Shown here: positions 1-11,000 of the stretch, in pieces
Layout of the letters: the number at the start of each line of letters is the position of its first letter
Position numbering within the stretch: position 1 is the stretch's first letter
Assembly (NCBI GenBank): GCA_965267575.1
Contig: OZ254086.1
Span: 2,240,001-2,304,000, forward strand
Source: Calditrichales bacterium
GTDB lineage: Bacteria > Calditrichota > Calditrichia > Calditrichales > J004
DNA length: 64,000 bases
Reading direction: 5' to 3'
Notes under the pieces: model-generated
The model's database searches: none
What the model was told of the DNA's origin: nothing
What the model saw: only the letters and a program-made list of their open reading frames with translations
Program-made: the position numbers and the translations under genes

Positions 1-1
1 C

Positions 2-355
2 TGGGGCGCCCTGGTGCAAAAAGTGAGCGAAGCCAGCCGCCAGCTTGCGGCGGAGGGTATCAGTGTGGAGATTATCGATATCCGCACAATCAATCCGCTG
101 GACACGGAAACGATCATGGAATCGGTGAAGAAAACCAGCAAGGTGCTGGTAGCGCATGAAGATACGCGTTTCCAGGGTTTTGGCGGAGAGATCGCTTCGC
201 ATATTGCGGAGTTTGCCTTTGAATATCTCGATGGTCCTGTGCGCCGTCTGGCCGGCAGCGATACACCGGTGCCGTTTAGCGCGCCCATGGAAGAGGTGGC
301 TTTGCCGCAGACACCGGGCATCAAGCAGGCTATCATGGATTTGGCGGCATACTAG
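2..355 (+). CDS. 2-oxoacid dehydrogenase E1 beta (transketolase C-terminal domain), 5'-truncated by window edge
   Basis: Frame open from position 2 (WGALVQK...); EIIDIRTINPLD, HED..GFGGEIAS and DGPVRRLAGSDTPVPF motifs; followed by E2. Confidence 0.9.
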   Translation, partial: WGALVQKVSEASRQLAAEGISVEIIDIRTINPLDTETIMESVKKTSKVLVAHEDTRFQGFGGEIASHIAEFAFEYLDGPVRRLAGSDTPVPFSAPMEEVALPQTPGIKQAIMDLAAY

Positions 356-360
356 GGGAT

Positions 361-465
361 AAATTCCAAAAATTTAAAAATCAAATATCAAATAAAATCA
401 CAAAAAAACAATGGATTGTAGCCATTGAAATTGTTTGTTACTTGCAATTTGTCAATTGTGATTTC
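361..465. repeat. Degenerate inverted ~7-mer periodic repeat pair (aaattcc/aaatatc ... ttgaaat/atttgtc)
   Basis: AT-rich left arm 361-400 and complementary right arm 425-465 between E1 and E2. Confidence 0.5.
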
Positions 466-483
466 TAAAGCGTGAGGCTGACT

Positions 484-1758
484 ATGAAATTTGAAATGGT
501 GATGCCCAAAATGGGCGAATCGATTACCGACGGTACGATCTTGAAATGGCTGAAAAAAGAGGGCGATGAGGTTGAAAAGGACGAGATCATCCTCGAGATA
601 AGCACAGACAAGGTGGATTCCGAAATACCCGCGCCGGTAAAAGGCACGATCGCTTCTTTTGTGGCGCAGGAGGGTGACACCATTGAAGTGGGGCAGCCGA
701 TCGCCATTATTGAGACCGACGCCAAACAGGCTGCCAAAGCCGAACAGGCTCAGGAAGTAACCGAAGAGGCCCCTGAAGAAGCGCCGGCGCCCGAACCGCA
801 GCCGCAAAAAGCGCCCGCTCCACAGTCTGCTCAGCCGGAAAAGAAGGCCTCTGCCAAAGGACGCTTTTATTCGCCGGTGGTGATGAATATTGCACGGGAT
901 AATGATATTACCATGGATGAGCTGGACGATGTGCCCGGCAGCGGTTTGAACGGGCGCGTAACCAAAAAAGACATTCTGGCCTATATTGAAAAACGCGGCG
1001 AGAAAGCGGCGCCTTCCGTTGCCGCGGCCGCGCCCATGCAGCCGGCGGGCTTCAAAGCCGGTGAAGGCATCGAAGTGATCGAGATGGACCATGTGCGCAA
1101 ATCCATTGCCAGGCATATGGTGCAGTCCAAACAGACATCGGCGCACGTCAGCCTCTACGCGGAAGTGGATATGCGCAACATCAGCCTTATCCGCGATCGC
1201 CACAAGAAAGCGTTTAAGCAGCGCGAAGGATACAGCCTGACATACATGCCGTTTATCGCCGAAGCCACAATACGGGCCCTGAAAGAATTCCCCATGGTTA
1301 ACGCCTCCATAGACGGCGAAAAAATCCTGGTGAAGCATTTTGTTAACCTGGGCATCGCCGTGGCGGTGGATTACGGTCTGATCGTTCCTAATATTTTCAA
1401 TGCCGATGAGCGCAATCTCTTGGGTCTGGCACGCGCCATAAATGATATTGCCGTTCGGGCCCGTGACAAAAAACTCAAGCCGGACGAGATCAGCAACGGT
1501 ACATTTTCGATTTCTAATTTTGGCGTTTATGGCACCACCATCGGCTTCCCCATTATTAATCAGCCTCAGGTAGCTATTCTTGGCGTCGGCGCTATTAAGA
1601 AAAGGCCGGTTGTTATAGACGACGCTATCGCTATCCGGCCGATACTCTATTTGTCGCTGACCATCGATCACCGCCTGATAGACGGGGCCATGGGTGCGCG
1701 CTTCCTGCAACGGATCGGGCAGCTGCTGGAAGAATACGATCCGGAAATGTCGTTATAG
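484..1758 (+). CDS. Dihydrolipoamide acyltransferase (E2) of a 2-oxoacid dehydrogenase complex
   Basis: Lipoyl domain (ISTDKVDSEIP), Ala/Pro/Glu linker, E3-binding domain (GSGLNGRVTKKDI), catalytic DHRLIDG. Confidence 0.95.
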   Translation: MKFEMVMPKMGESITDGTILKWLKKEGDEVEKDEIILEISTDKVDSEIPAPVKGTIASFVAQEGDTIEVGQPIAIIETDAKQAAKAEQAQEVTEEAPEEAPAPEPQPQKAPAPQSAQPEKKASAKGRFYSPVVMNIARDNDITMDELDDVPGSGLNGRVTKKDILAYIEKRGEKAAPSVAAAAPMQPAGFKAGEGIEVIEMDHVRKSIARHMVQSKQTSAHVSLYAEVDMRNISLIRDRHKKAFKQREGYSLTYMPFIAEATIRALKEFPMVNASIDGEKILVKHFVNLGIAVAVDYGLIVPNIFNADERNLLGLARAINDIAVRARDKKLKPDEISNGTFSISNFGVYGTTIGFPIINQPQVAILGVGAIKKRPVVIDDAIAIRPILYLSLTIDHRLIDGAMGARFLQRIGQLLEEYDPEMSL

Positions 1759-1884
1759 AATGAAATCGGCCTGCGGCGAAAGAATGCGGCAGGCCCATAT
1801 ATCTCTTCTCCCGCTTAAAGCAAGACCTTATAACGCCGTGATATCAGGGATGTATGGCAAGAAAAAGCTTAAAGGAGCCGTGTT

Positions 1885-2976
1885 ATGAATAAGCTGGCGT
1901 TACACTCCATGCACGAACAATATGGAGCGCAGTTTACGGACATCCGCGGATGGCTGACACCCACGCAGTACCAGCCCGTCGGTGATGAATTACACGCCGT
2001 AAAGAATAATGTGGCTTTGCTGGACCGCAGCTATCTCGGCAAGGTGCTGGTCAAAGGCGTGGATGCCGTTGATCTGATCAACCGTATCTCCACCAATGAT
2101 ATGACACAGCTTATCATGGGCGTTATGTGCGATACGGTTTTCTGCACGCCAAAAGGTCGCATTTTTGACTACTGCCGTGTTATCCTAAGGGCCAAAGACG
2201 AGCTGCTCCTCGTATCTAGTTATATTGGCAACAAGCATCTGATGGATTGGATTAACCGCTTTATTATCCTCGAAGACGCCACTGTGTTGGACGTAAGCGC
2301 GGACTATGTCTGGTTGACGCTGATCGGACCGGAGGCGCTGGCCTTTTTGCGTAACATTGGCGGCAATGACGCCGTGGCCGAGGACGAGACGATCTGGCTG
2401 GAACACGGCGAAGAGCGTTTTGCAGCACTGCTTAACAAGAATTTTATGGTTCCCGCCTACAATTTTTACCTGCCCAAAGAATCAGCTTCTGCGATTGCGC
2501 AGTGGCTCACCGAAAACCTGCATGCTTTTGGCGGCAGCCTGCTGGGTGATCACGCCTTTCAGATTTTGCGCGTGGAAAGCGGCATGCCCGACTGGGGCAC
2601 GGAGCTGACCGAAGATTACAATCCGCACGAAGCGCGTTTGCTGCATGCCGTCAGTTTTACCAAGGGCTGCTATACCGGCCAGGAAGTAATCGCCCGCCTG
2701 GACACCTACGAGAAAGTGCAGAAGTACCTGATGATCTGTGACTTTGACGAGCAGCTGTTTTCGCAGCCGCCCATGACGCTTTATTTTGAAGATGAGAAAG
2801 TAGGAGTGCTGACAAGTTACGCTTACGATCCGTTGAGCGAACGCAGCATCGGTTTGGGCTATGTCAAAAAGAATTATGTGCTGGCCGGCCGTGATATAAA
2901 GCTTAACGTGATCGTAGACGGCAGGCCCGTTGCCTGTGGCTTGCGGCGCCCGGCAAACACCCAGGAGCCTTCCTGA
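1885..2976 (+). CDS. ygfZ: YgfZ/GcvT-family folate-binding aminomethyltransferase-like protein
   Basis: GcvT fold plus the KGCYTGQE signature of YgfZ/Iba57. Confidence 0.85.
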   Translation: MNKLALHSMHEQYGAQFTDIRGWLTPTQYQPVGDELHAVKNNVALLDRSYLGKVLVKGVDAVDLINRISTNDMTQLIMGVMCDTVFCTPKGRIFDYCRVILRAKDELLLVSSYIGNKHLMDWINRFIILEDATVLDVSADYVWLTLIGPEALAFLRNIGGNDAVAEDETIWLEHGEERFAALLNKNFMVPAYNFYLPKESASAIAQWLTENLHAFGGSLLGDHAFQILRVESGMPDWGTELTEDYNPHEARLLHAVSFTKGCYTGQEVIARLDTYEKVQKYLMICDFDEQLFSQPPMTLYFEDEKVGVLTSYAYDPLSERSIGLGYVKKNYVLAGRDIKLNVIVDGRPVACGLRRPANTQEPS

Positions 2977-2979
2977 AAT

Positions 2980-3369
2980 ATGTCCTTTTTTAAAAAACAT
3001 TTCTCCCTAAACGAAGCACGGCAGCTTTTGCCCGTCGTAAAGCCGCTTTTACAAAAAATCCGTGAAGATGCCATTGCCCTCGAAGAAATGGGCTTTGACC
3101 TGGCCCGCGGGAAATACAAACCCGGATTTCATCCCGATACCAGCGTGGAATTCCCCGCAGAATACCGCCGCCTGAGCCGTAATATCCGCAAAGTGACCGA
3201 TAAAGGGATTCAGATAAAAGGCCTCTTACACGGGCTGATAGATTTTCCCGCTTTGCGTGATAATGGTGAAGAAGTGTTGTTATGCTGGAAGCTTGACGAA
3301 GAGGATATCGAGTTTTGGCACGGCCTGGATGACGGTTTTCGCGGTCGACGCCATATTGATGAGTTTTAG
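2980..3369 (+). CDS. DUF2203 family protein
   Basis: FSLNEARQLLP N-terminus and GLIDFPA...LLCWKLDE..IEFWH..DGFRGRR C-terminus. Confidence 0.8.
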   Translation: MSFFKKHFSLNEARQLLPVVKPLLQKIREDAIALEEMGFDLARGKYKPGFHPDTSVEFPAEYRRLSRNIRKVTDKGIQIKGLLHGLIDFPALRDNGEEVLLCWKLDEEDIEFWHGLDDGFRGRRHIDEF

Positions 3370-4268
3370 CCTTTGCCGCCTCTTTCTTTCACGCGGATGG
3401 CTGAGTTTTCCATGATCGAAAGCGTGGAATAAGCCAGTTCCAGCTGAGGATCCTTTTTTATGCCTTCCAGAATCTGTGTTAGTAACTTGTCTTTTGTCGT
3501 CCGCCTCATCTTGTAATCCACCACGTAGCGCAGGGTTATTTCAACATAATTTTCATTTGCGTCGATTGTAACCATCGGTTCAACGCGGGCCTGCTCCACA
3601 CGGAATTTTGTGCTGATTGTTTTCCATTCAGTGCGCGCGTCCCGGGTGAAACCGGCACAGAGTTCCCCGGCCGTCGCCGCAAAAAGCTCCTTTGCCCTGG
3701 CTATATCGGAATCATGGGTGATGTGCAGTGTTATTTCGTCCCACAGGAAATGGAAATCACCCGAATAGTTGAGCACCGGCTCTTTGAAAACAAAACTGTT
3801 GGCGATGCGCACGACGCGGCCGTTGTAGAGATCGCCGCTAACCCAGCCGCCCGTCTCCATCAACGTTGTCCGCAAAACCCCGATATCGATCACGTCGCCT
3901 TTTATGCCGCCAAGCTGCACGCGATGGCCCACCTTGTAAAACCTGCCAAAAATAATTGCTATCCAGCCGGCAATGCTGACAATAACTTCCTGCAAGGCGA
4001 AAGCGATACCTGCGCCGGCCACGCCCAGCGCTACCGTGAGTCCCCCAAGTTTATCGCTGAAAATAATTGAAACTGCTACAACCGTAAGCAAAAAACCGGC
4101 AAAGTTGATAGCCTTGCGCATATAGTAGTGTGTGGCGGAATCTTCGCTAAAACGGCCAACCGCGCGGATAAGCAGGCGGCTGAATGCGAAAAGAAGGAGG
4201 ATTACAATCAGCGTTATAAGCAGTTTCTGAATGACCGGACTGGCCCAAAGATTTGTAAGGATTTCCAT
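3366..4268 (-). CDS. Small-conductance mechanosensitive channel (MscS family)
   Basis: Three TM segments, GAGIAFALQE, GDVIDIGVLRTTL, IANS motif; start moved to ATG 4268. Confidence 0.9.
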   Translation of the reverse strand: MEILTNLWASPVIQKLLITLIVILLLFAFSRLLIRAVGRFSEDSATHYYMRKAINFAGFLLTVVAVSIIFSDKLGGLTVALGVAGAGIAFALQEVIVSIAGWIAIIFGRFYKVGHRVQLGGIKGDVIDIGVLRTTLMETGGWVSGDLYNGRVVRIANSFVFKEPVLNYSGDFHFLWDEITLHITHDSDIARAKELFAATAGELCAGFTRDARTEWKTISTKFRVEQARVEPMVTIDANENYVEITLRYVVDYKMRRTTKDKLLTQILEGIKKDPQLELAYSTLSIMENSAIRVKERGGKG

Positions 4269-4275
4269 TTTGTTC

Positions 4276-5340
4276 CTATATCCACTCTTTGCGCCGGAAG
4301 TAATAGAGCATACCGCCGATCGCCACCAGGCAGATGCCCCAGAAGACAAAGTAGCCGTAATGCCATCTAAGTTCAGGCAGGTATTCGAAATTCATGCCGT
4401 AGATACCGGCCAAAAAAGTAAGAGGTATAAAGATCGTACCAATGATGGTAAGGACTTTCATGATTTCGTTCATGCGCAGGCTGACGATAGACAGGTATGA
4501 ATGCATCAGCGTTTCGAATTTTTCGCGTTCGCCGTCGACACCTTCCGCTACCTGCTGGATGTGATCTTCCAGGTCTTTCAGGAAAGGCAAAGTGGTTTCG
4601 GCGATGATTTCCGGTGATTCGGTCAGCAGCGTGGTTGTGGCAAAACGCAGCGGCCAGATCGCTTTGCGAAAGGATATGAGCTGGCCCTTGAGGATGTGAA
4701 TTTGCTCCAGCTTAGTCTTGTCCGGACTCAGGCGGATACTGTCATCCAGTTCATCGATCTCGTCGGTCAGGTTTTCCAGTACCTGCAGGTAATGATCGAC
4801 GATGAGGTCAAACAAGGCATAGAAGAGATAGTCGCTGCCGCTGGTACGCGGCCGGCTCTGCGGGCGGGCGATGCGCTCGCGGATGGGATCAAAAATATCA
4901 CCGGGCTTTTCCTGAAACGTGATAATGAGATTGCGCCGGCAGAAGATCGACATGTGCTCGAAGTCGAGTGTTTTTTCCGGTTCTTCCCAGGTTACCATTT
5001 TCAGAATCAGTGATACCCATTCGGCATGCGCCTCTATCTTGGGCCGCTGGTTAATATTAAGAACATCCTCAAGCTGCAGGTAAGGCACTTTCATCTTTTC
5101 GCCGATTTGGCGCAACAGTTCTTCGTTATGCAGCCCCTCAATATTTATCCAGGTGATGCAATCATCGCGGAATGGGATATCCTGCAGCGTTTCGGCTTTC
5201 CCGCGCTGCAACTCATTCTCACCGTACATAAAGTAGTCTATGGCCACGCTTTCGTCGGTTTTGTCTCCCGTGTAAACAAGCGTGCCCGGTGGCAGCCCCA
5301 GCTTTGATTTGCGCTGCCTTCTTCTTTTCTTTTTAGCCAT
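4276..5340 (-). CDS. corA: Magnesium/cobalt transporter CorA
   Basis: GLPPGTLVYTG N-terminus, GIYGMNF signature, two C-terminal TM helices. Confidence 0.95.
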   Translation of the reverse strand: MAKKKRRRQRKSKLGLPPGTLVYTGDKTDESVAIDYFMYGENELQRGKAETLQDIPFRDDCITWINIEGLHNEELLRQIGEKMKVPYLQLEDVLNINQRPKIEAHAEWVSLILKMVTWEEPEKTLDFEHMSIFCRRNLIITFQEKPGDIFDPIRERIARPQSRPRTSGSDYLFYALFDLIVDHYLQVLENLTDEIDELDDSIRLSPDKTKLEQIHILKGQLISFRKAIWPLRFATTTLLTESPEIIAETTLPFLKDLEDHIQQVAEGVDGEREKFETLMHSYLSIVSLRMNEIMKVLTIIGTIFIPLTFLAGIYGMNFEYLPELRWHYGYFVFWGICLVAIGGMLYYFRRKEWI

Positions 5341-5481
5341 CAGGTTTCCTGCTCTTGCTTTTTGCGTGCTTTAAACATCGGGAAAAGTATGCCGTCCGTC
5401 AGATTTGCTGGATACGCCGGGATTGAGAGCCGGCAGCAGAAAAATACAAGCATAGAAGCCAGACCAGAGCAGCAGCATAAA

Positions 5482-6333
5482 TCAGGACTGCCTTTCCTGC
5501 TCGACGATCTTAACCGGCATAGGCGCGGTGGCTGTGCCCGTATATAACGAAACGTGCGGGAAGGGGATCTCGATGCCTTCCGCATCAAAGCGTTTTTTAA
5601 CTTCAAGGGTAATGCCGTTTTTTACCTGCAGCCAGTCTTCCTTGGCGGCCCAGACCAGGTAGAGCAGATCAATGCCCGAGGCGCCGAAAGTGTTGAGGAT
5701 TATCAGCGGCGCGGGATCATTGAGGCAAAGAGGATTATCGCGGGCGATTTCCATCAAAACGCGTTGCACTTTTTCCAGGTCTTCCTTGTAGGCCACGCTG
5801 ATGGTCAGGTCTACGCGGCGGATGGGAAAACGGGTAATATTGATCACTTCGCTTTTCACCAGGGTTTCGTTGGGGATACGGACAAAGCGGTTGTCAAAGG
5901 TGCGCATTTTTACGGACATGGTATCTATGGAAAGCACAATACCGGTGAAATTACCCACGGTGATCACGTCGTTTACCTCAAAGGGTTTTTCGGCAATCAG
6001 GAACAAGCCGCTTATTACGTTGGACATGCTGGTCTGCGAGGCAAAACCGATGGCAATGCCGAGGATGCCCGCCGCGCCAAGCAGCGTTGAAAATTTAAAG
6101 CCGAACTCATTCAACACGGACATCAGTACGATGGCAAAAATGAGGTAGAATACAATCTTGCCAAAAACCATGCCCTGCTGTGCGCTGAATTTCTTGGTGC
6201 CATACGTGCGTATCCAGCGGCTGAAGGCGTAGGCAATAGGCAGGCCCACGGCCACAACGATTAATGAACGCAGGATGCTTCCCCACATCTCCGGGGAGAT
6301 CAGGTTTTTGAGATCAGGCAGAAAACCTTCCAT
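5482..6333 (-). CDS. MscS family mechanosensitive channel
   Basis: GIAIGFASQ, KPFEVND, RIPNE, GIEIPFP motifs. Confidence 0.92.
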   Translation of the reverse strand: MEGFLPDLKNLISPEMWGSILRSLIVVAVGLPIAYAFSRWIRTYGTKKFSAQQGMVFGKIVFYLIFAIVLMSVLNEFGFKFSTLLGAAGILGIAIGFASQTSMSNVISGLFLIAEKPFEVNDVITVGNFTGIVLSIDTMSVKMRTFDNRFVRIPNETLVKSEVINITRFPIRRVDLTISVAYKEDLEKVQRVLMEIARDNPLCLNDPAPLIILNTFGASGIDLLYLVWAAKEDWLQVKNGITLEVKKRFDAEGIEIPFPHVSLYTGTATAPMPVKIVEQERQS

Positions 6334-6345
6334 ACATACTCCTAA

Positions 6346-7119
6346 TTAAATAAGTCTTCCCGGCAAATCCAGCAGGCCCGAAAAGGAGATAGCGGCAATG
6401 CGCCGTTTCAGTTTTTCGCGCGGGCCGCTTATTAGTTTGGCCTGTTTGGCTTCCGCGGGCGGCTGGCCCTTCACGGTCAGTTCACTTACACTCTCCTTGC
6501 CGCTGTACTCGATGTTCATGCGGTCGCTCCATAGCTGTGTCCCGTCGTAAAAAAGCGAAAGGTAATAGACGCGGAAACAGATCTTTTCCACATGCAGGTC
6601 AATGCTGGAGCGGTTTTCCAGTTGCAGCGGGCAGATTGCGGCGTGGGCCAGGTAGTGTTCGCCGGTTATTTCGCGCAACGCCGTGGACGATTTCCAGTAG
6701 CATAACTCGCCCTCCATCGGTGTACCGAACCAGGTTTTGGATAGCGTGACAAACGGCTGATCGGTCAAGGTGGTCTCGTTTTTGGTTGTGCGTAATTGCA
6801 GCCACAGCGGTACGCGCACATAAAAGGAAGCCGTTGCGCCCGGGCGCAGAAAAAACGGATTTTCCGGCGAAACAATCAGTGCCAGATTTGGCATAGCCGG
6901 TTTGATGTCCAATGTGATCGAGCTGCCTTTTTCCGCCCAGCGCTGCCAGCCTTCTTCCGGCAGCAGCTCTTCGAAAGGCTGACCTTCCTGCTTCATGCGG
7001 CAAACCAGACGCAGCTCTCGTTCCTTGTAAACCGCGTTAATGCGGCAAATGTCATTCAGCGCCCATTCAAACGGGCTGTTTTCCTGCAGTTTAAATTCGC
7101 CCCAGATCTTGTCAGCCAT
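6346..7119 (-). CDS. DUF432-like protein
   Basis: LSKTWFGTPMEGELCYW motif; lies between MscS genes. Confidence 0.65.
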   Translation of the reverse strand: MADKIWGEFKLQENSPFEWALNDICRINAVYKERELRLVCRMKQEGQPFEELLPEEGWQRWAEKGSSITLDIKPAMPNLALIVSPENPFFLRPGATASFYVRVPLWLQLRTTKNETTLTDQPFVTLSKTWFGTPMEGELCYWKSSTALREITGEHYLAHAAICPLQLENRSSIDLHVEKICFRVYYLSLFYDGTQLWSDRMNIEYSGKESVSELTVKGQPPAEAKQAKLISGPREKLKRRIAAISFSGLLDLPGRLI

Positions 7120-8068
7120 TTACTGTTGCCTCGTGTATGCTTTTAAAATAGCCCATATCTTCTTTACTAACGATGTTTTTGCTTATGAATTCGCGCATCA
7201 CTGTCTCGGTCATTTCGCTCATAAAAGGAAATTCAAAGCGGATATCCAGCACATACGCCTTAAGACGCATTTTTAAAACCGAACGTCCCTGCGAAATCTC
7301 GTTTTTAAAGATCACCACTATCGGCTTGTTGAGATAGGCGTAGCGCGATACCGCCGCTGCCCGCAACGCGATCTTGCGCGCCCGCTGCGTGTCCACATCA
7401 GGCGGCAGGAAAAACTCGGCTACCACCTGGCAGTTGGATTCTCCGGCGTTGGCGTTGGAAACGGACTGGTTTACGATTTCGCCATTGGGAATGGAAACCA
7501 GCGAGTCGTCCGGCGTAACAATTCGCACCGTGCGCAAGCCGATACGCTGCACCTCCCCGTAATGGCCGCCCACATCGATCTTGTCGCCCACCTGAAAGGG
7601 ACGGTCCAGCAGGATCATGATGCCGCCGAAGATGTTTTTCAGGATATCCTGCGCGGCAAATCCGATGGCGATACCGGCCGACGCGGTAAAGGCCAGCAGC
7701 GTTTCAATCGGCGGAGCAAATATTTTTGTGATAATAAAAAATATGCTTGCCGTCCAGCCGCTGATGCGCAAAATGGGGATAATGCCCTTGATGGTAATGC
7801 GCAGGTTGGCCCACTTTTCCGACACCGCTTCCAAAACGCGCGACAAGTTGTGCAGCACAAACAGCGTTACGGCGATCGTGATTATGGCCCAGAACACCTT
7901 GCTGACCGTTACCGACCATTCCACGTCCGGGGTGCTGTCCTTCAGGGCGCTTACAATGTTTTCCCCCGTGCTTCCCGTGCCCGGCGGTACGGTTTCCTGT
8001 TGGGCGGATAAAATAGCCGGCCCGACAAATAACAGACTGTTGAATAGACTATAAAATGCGCGTTTCAT
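7112..8068 (-). CDS. MscS family mechanosensitive channel with N-terminal signal-like segment
   Basis: GIAIGFAAQD, RPFQVGDKI, IGLRTVRI, SIPNG motifs; start ATG 8068 (GTG 8074 possible). Confidence 0.9.
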   Translation of the reverse strand: MKRAFYSLFNSLLFVGPAILSAQQETVPPGTGSTGENIVSALKDSTPDVEWSVTVSKVFWAIITIAVTLFVLHNLSRVLEAVSEKWANLRITIKGIIPILRISGWTASIFFIITKIFAPPIETLLAFTASAGIAIGFAAQDILKNIFGGIMILLDRPFQVGDKIDVGGHYGEVQRIGLRTVRIVTPDDSLVSIPNGEIVNQSVSNANAGESNCQVVAEFFLPPDVDTQRARKIALRAAAVSRYAYLNKPIVVIFKNEISQGRSVLKMRLKAYVLDIRFEFPFMSEMTETVMREFISKNIVSKEDMGYFKSIHEATVNG

Positions 8069-8076
8069 AGGCACTC

Positions 8077-11000
8077 TTAATGGATAAAGTTTAGCGATTT
8101 TAACTGGCGCACCACATGGCGATAGAGGTAATGGTGCACATCGTAGCGTCCGTCCGCGCGGATCAGAATACCGTCATCGGCCATGCTTTTGAGCATCAGG
8201 GTGGAGCTTTGCAGGTTGCTGCGGAAAATGGCGGCATGCTGCTTTTCGGTGATGGCGCCGTGCTGCATAATGGCCGCCAGCGTAAACATTTTGTCCGCCG
8301 GCAGCTGCCCCAGGAAAGTATAGTCCAGGTCCAGGTCGGGATCGATGATCACTTCTTCATCGTCAAAACGTACAATGGAGCGCTGCCAGAGCATAAGCGC
8401 GATGGAGATGTTGCCTTCGGCTATGTCGCTGAGCTGATCAAAAAAATAATCGCGCAAATAGCTTTGTTTTTCTTCTTCGCTTTTCAGTTTTCTGAATTCC
8501 GATTTTCGCTCCATCTTTTCCGGCACCTCCAGCGTCAGCCTGTAGCCACTGGTTATGTGCCGTTTCATGATCATTTCCTCGATCTGACGGCGCGGCAGGT
8601 CGCCCAGATGCACGACATGACGGAAGTAATCCGAGATGTTGAGCAGTTTATCCAGGTACTGCCAGGCGTATTTGGAGCAGCTTGCTATCCAGAAAATATG
8701 CGGATTGGTGTTGGAAATAAACAACAGGAAGCGCTCAAGCAGATCAAAGCCGTCGGTGGTGCGCAGAAACAGGTGGTGAATGTTTTCCAGCAAAACGATG
8801 CGCGGCTGCTCCCAGCGCTCAATGATCTCTTCCAGTTGTTCCAGGGAATGGGCGCCTTTTTCCAGCTTAAGTTGTTTGCTAAGCCAGTCGCTGAACAGTT
8901 TTTCGTCAATCAGGCTTTCATCCAGAACCAGGTTGTAAAGTTTGTAGCCTTCAAAAACTTCCGCCACGCTGTTTTCCAGCAGTGATGTTTTCCCGCTTCC
9001 TTTTTCGCCCACGATGCTGATGCAGGCAAATTGTCCCTTCTCCCAGATTTCCAGTCCGCCGGCCAGCGCTCTTATCTCCTTTTCGCGCGCCGCAAAAAAG
9101 CGGCTATCAGCGGTTTGCTCCAGCCGGAAAAGGCGCTGGTAGACAAAAGGAAGCGAGCGGATCTTGTCTTCCGTGTCCAGCAGAAAGGCCGTTGCTTCTT
9201 CACTAACGCGGCGGGCATGTGTCTCCAGCCCGGCCAGCTTGCGAAACTCGGCGTACCGCCCGTAGAGCCATTTCCAGCCCTTGCGCACATAGCGCAGGCC
9301 CAAAGGCAGTAGCCTCTTGAAGTATGTCCAGCTGTTGCGGCTTATCTCGCGCACACGCTCACGGGCACGGGCACGCACCAGCCGCAATTTCAGATCAATG
9401 ATTTGGGCATTGTCCACCAGGTTAAGCAGACGGCTTATAATTTCACGGGCCGATTCCTTTCCTGCCGTGGCTGTTTCGCCGGCCGAGCGCTCCAGTAGTT
9501 GGGACAGGTCTTCCACTTTGCCGACAGCTCGTTCCAGCCCTTCAATGCAGATTTCCGCGGCTTTACCCACAGCATCGTCTTTGGCACGTGTTTTCTGCAG
9601 CATAGCCAGGGCCGATTCAAAGTTAAAATCGACCACCTGGTCCACTTCGGATATTTCGCGGCTCAGTTTTTGAGACAATTCAGAAACGCTTTTTTTCACC
9701 TGCGTCAACCTGCGCAGTGCCGGAATAAATACGTCGTTTTCAGTCAGGTCACGCAGGTTGATCGTTTCCGTCTCAAAGCGCGGCGGCACCATCGTCAGGT
9801 CTTCGGATTTAAGGATAATCTCCTTTTCCGGGATTTCTTCGGGGATGTGCTTCAGGATCTGTTCAAACTCTTCCAGCGGCTTTGCAGGATTGCTGTTGTT
9901 GATGGTATCCAGCAGGGGTGGCAGATGTTGCCGGCGCAGGTGGCGCGTTATCTCGCGGCCGCGGCGGACAATCTGCTGGCGCAGGTCTGTTTTACTTTGC
10001 GCCATATTCTCATTGAAATCATCCAGCGATTGCTGCAGGTCATTACGTACCGCTTCAAAAGGGGGATAAAGGTTTTTTGTGAAAATGCTGTCCAGGCTGT
10101 CTCTGAGGACGCACCACTGGGAGGCAACGTTACAGGTTACAAAACCAAGTCGCAGGTTGGTCTGCCAGTCACCGAGTATTGCCTGCCAGTATTCCTGCCA
10201 TTTTTGGGCGTAACGCGTGCGCATTTTTTGCAGCAGGATTTGGCGCCGGTAAACACGCCGCCGCCCGAAGCGCCGCCCGGGCCAGGCAAAGCTGGCAGCC
10301 TTTTGCCATTTTTCACGGGCCTCATCAAATACCTTTTCGATGTTTGCGCCCAGGTCTTCTTCAGCCTCCCGCAGCAGCTCCTCAAAACCCTGCACCTGCC
10401 GGCGCAGCGGCTCCAGGTCTGTGGCCATGTCGGCTTCACCACCGTTGCCGTTTTCATCCGGTAATAATCCGGAATGCGTTAAAGCCATGGCCCAGTCGTT
10501 CTCGACATGCTGCAGCAGTTGCGCCGTTTTTTGCAGCAGGTATTGGCGGTACTCCCACAGCGCTTCCAGCACCGGCCGCTGCAGATGAAACTTAATAAAA
10601 GGGGACGTTTCAAAAGAGCGCTGCAAAACAGCCTTTTTGTGCCACAGGGCGTGCCAGCCTATACGCCGGCGCAGCAAAAAACGGCGTAAACGCACATAGC
10701 TGTCATCATCCGGGCGGGCGGAAAAGAGAGCGGACGTGTAATCTTCGCTGTGTTGTGCCGGGATTTCTTCAAGAATACCGCCGAAGTGAATGTCCAGGAC
10801 ATCCGGAGGTTGCGGCGCCCCCTGTTCGATCAGCAGGCCGCAGGTTTCATGTATCGCTGCTTCAAGCTGCCGGAGCGCTTCCAGCCATATTTCACTTTGC
10901 CGCCGGGTGTCTTCGTTTTTGCCGGAAGCATGAAGTTCCGCCAGGGGAGCCAGCGCTTTATGAAATTTCTCCAGGTTTTGCCACAAAGCCGCTGCTCCGC

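Noticed and set aside
388-1710. 440-aa minus-strand ORF
   Set aside because: Antisense shadow of the E2 gene; no recognisable motifs
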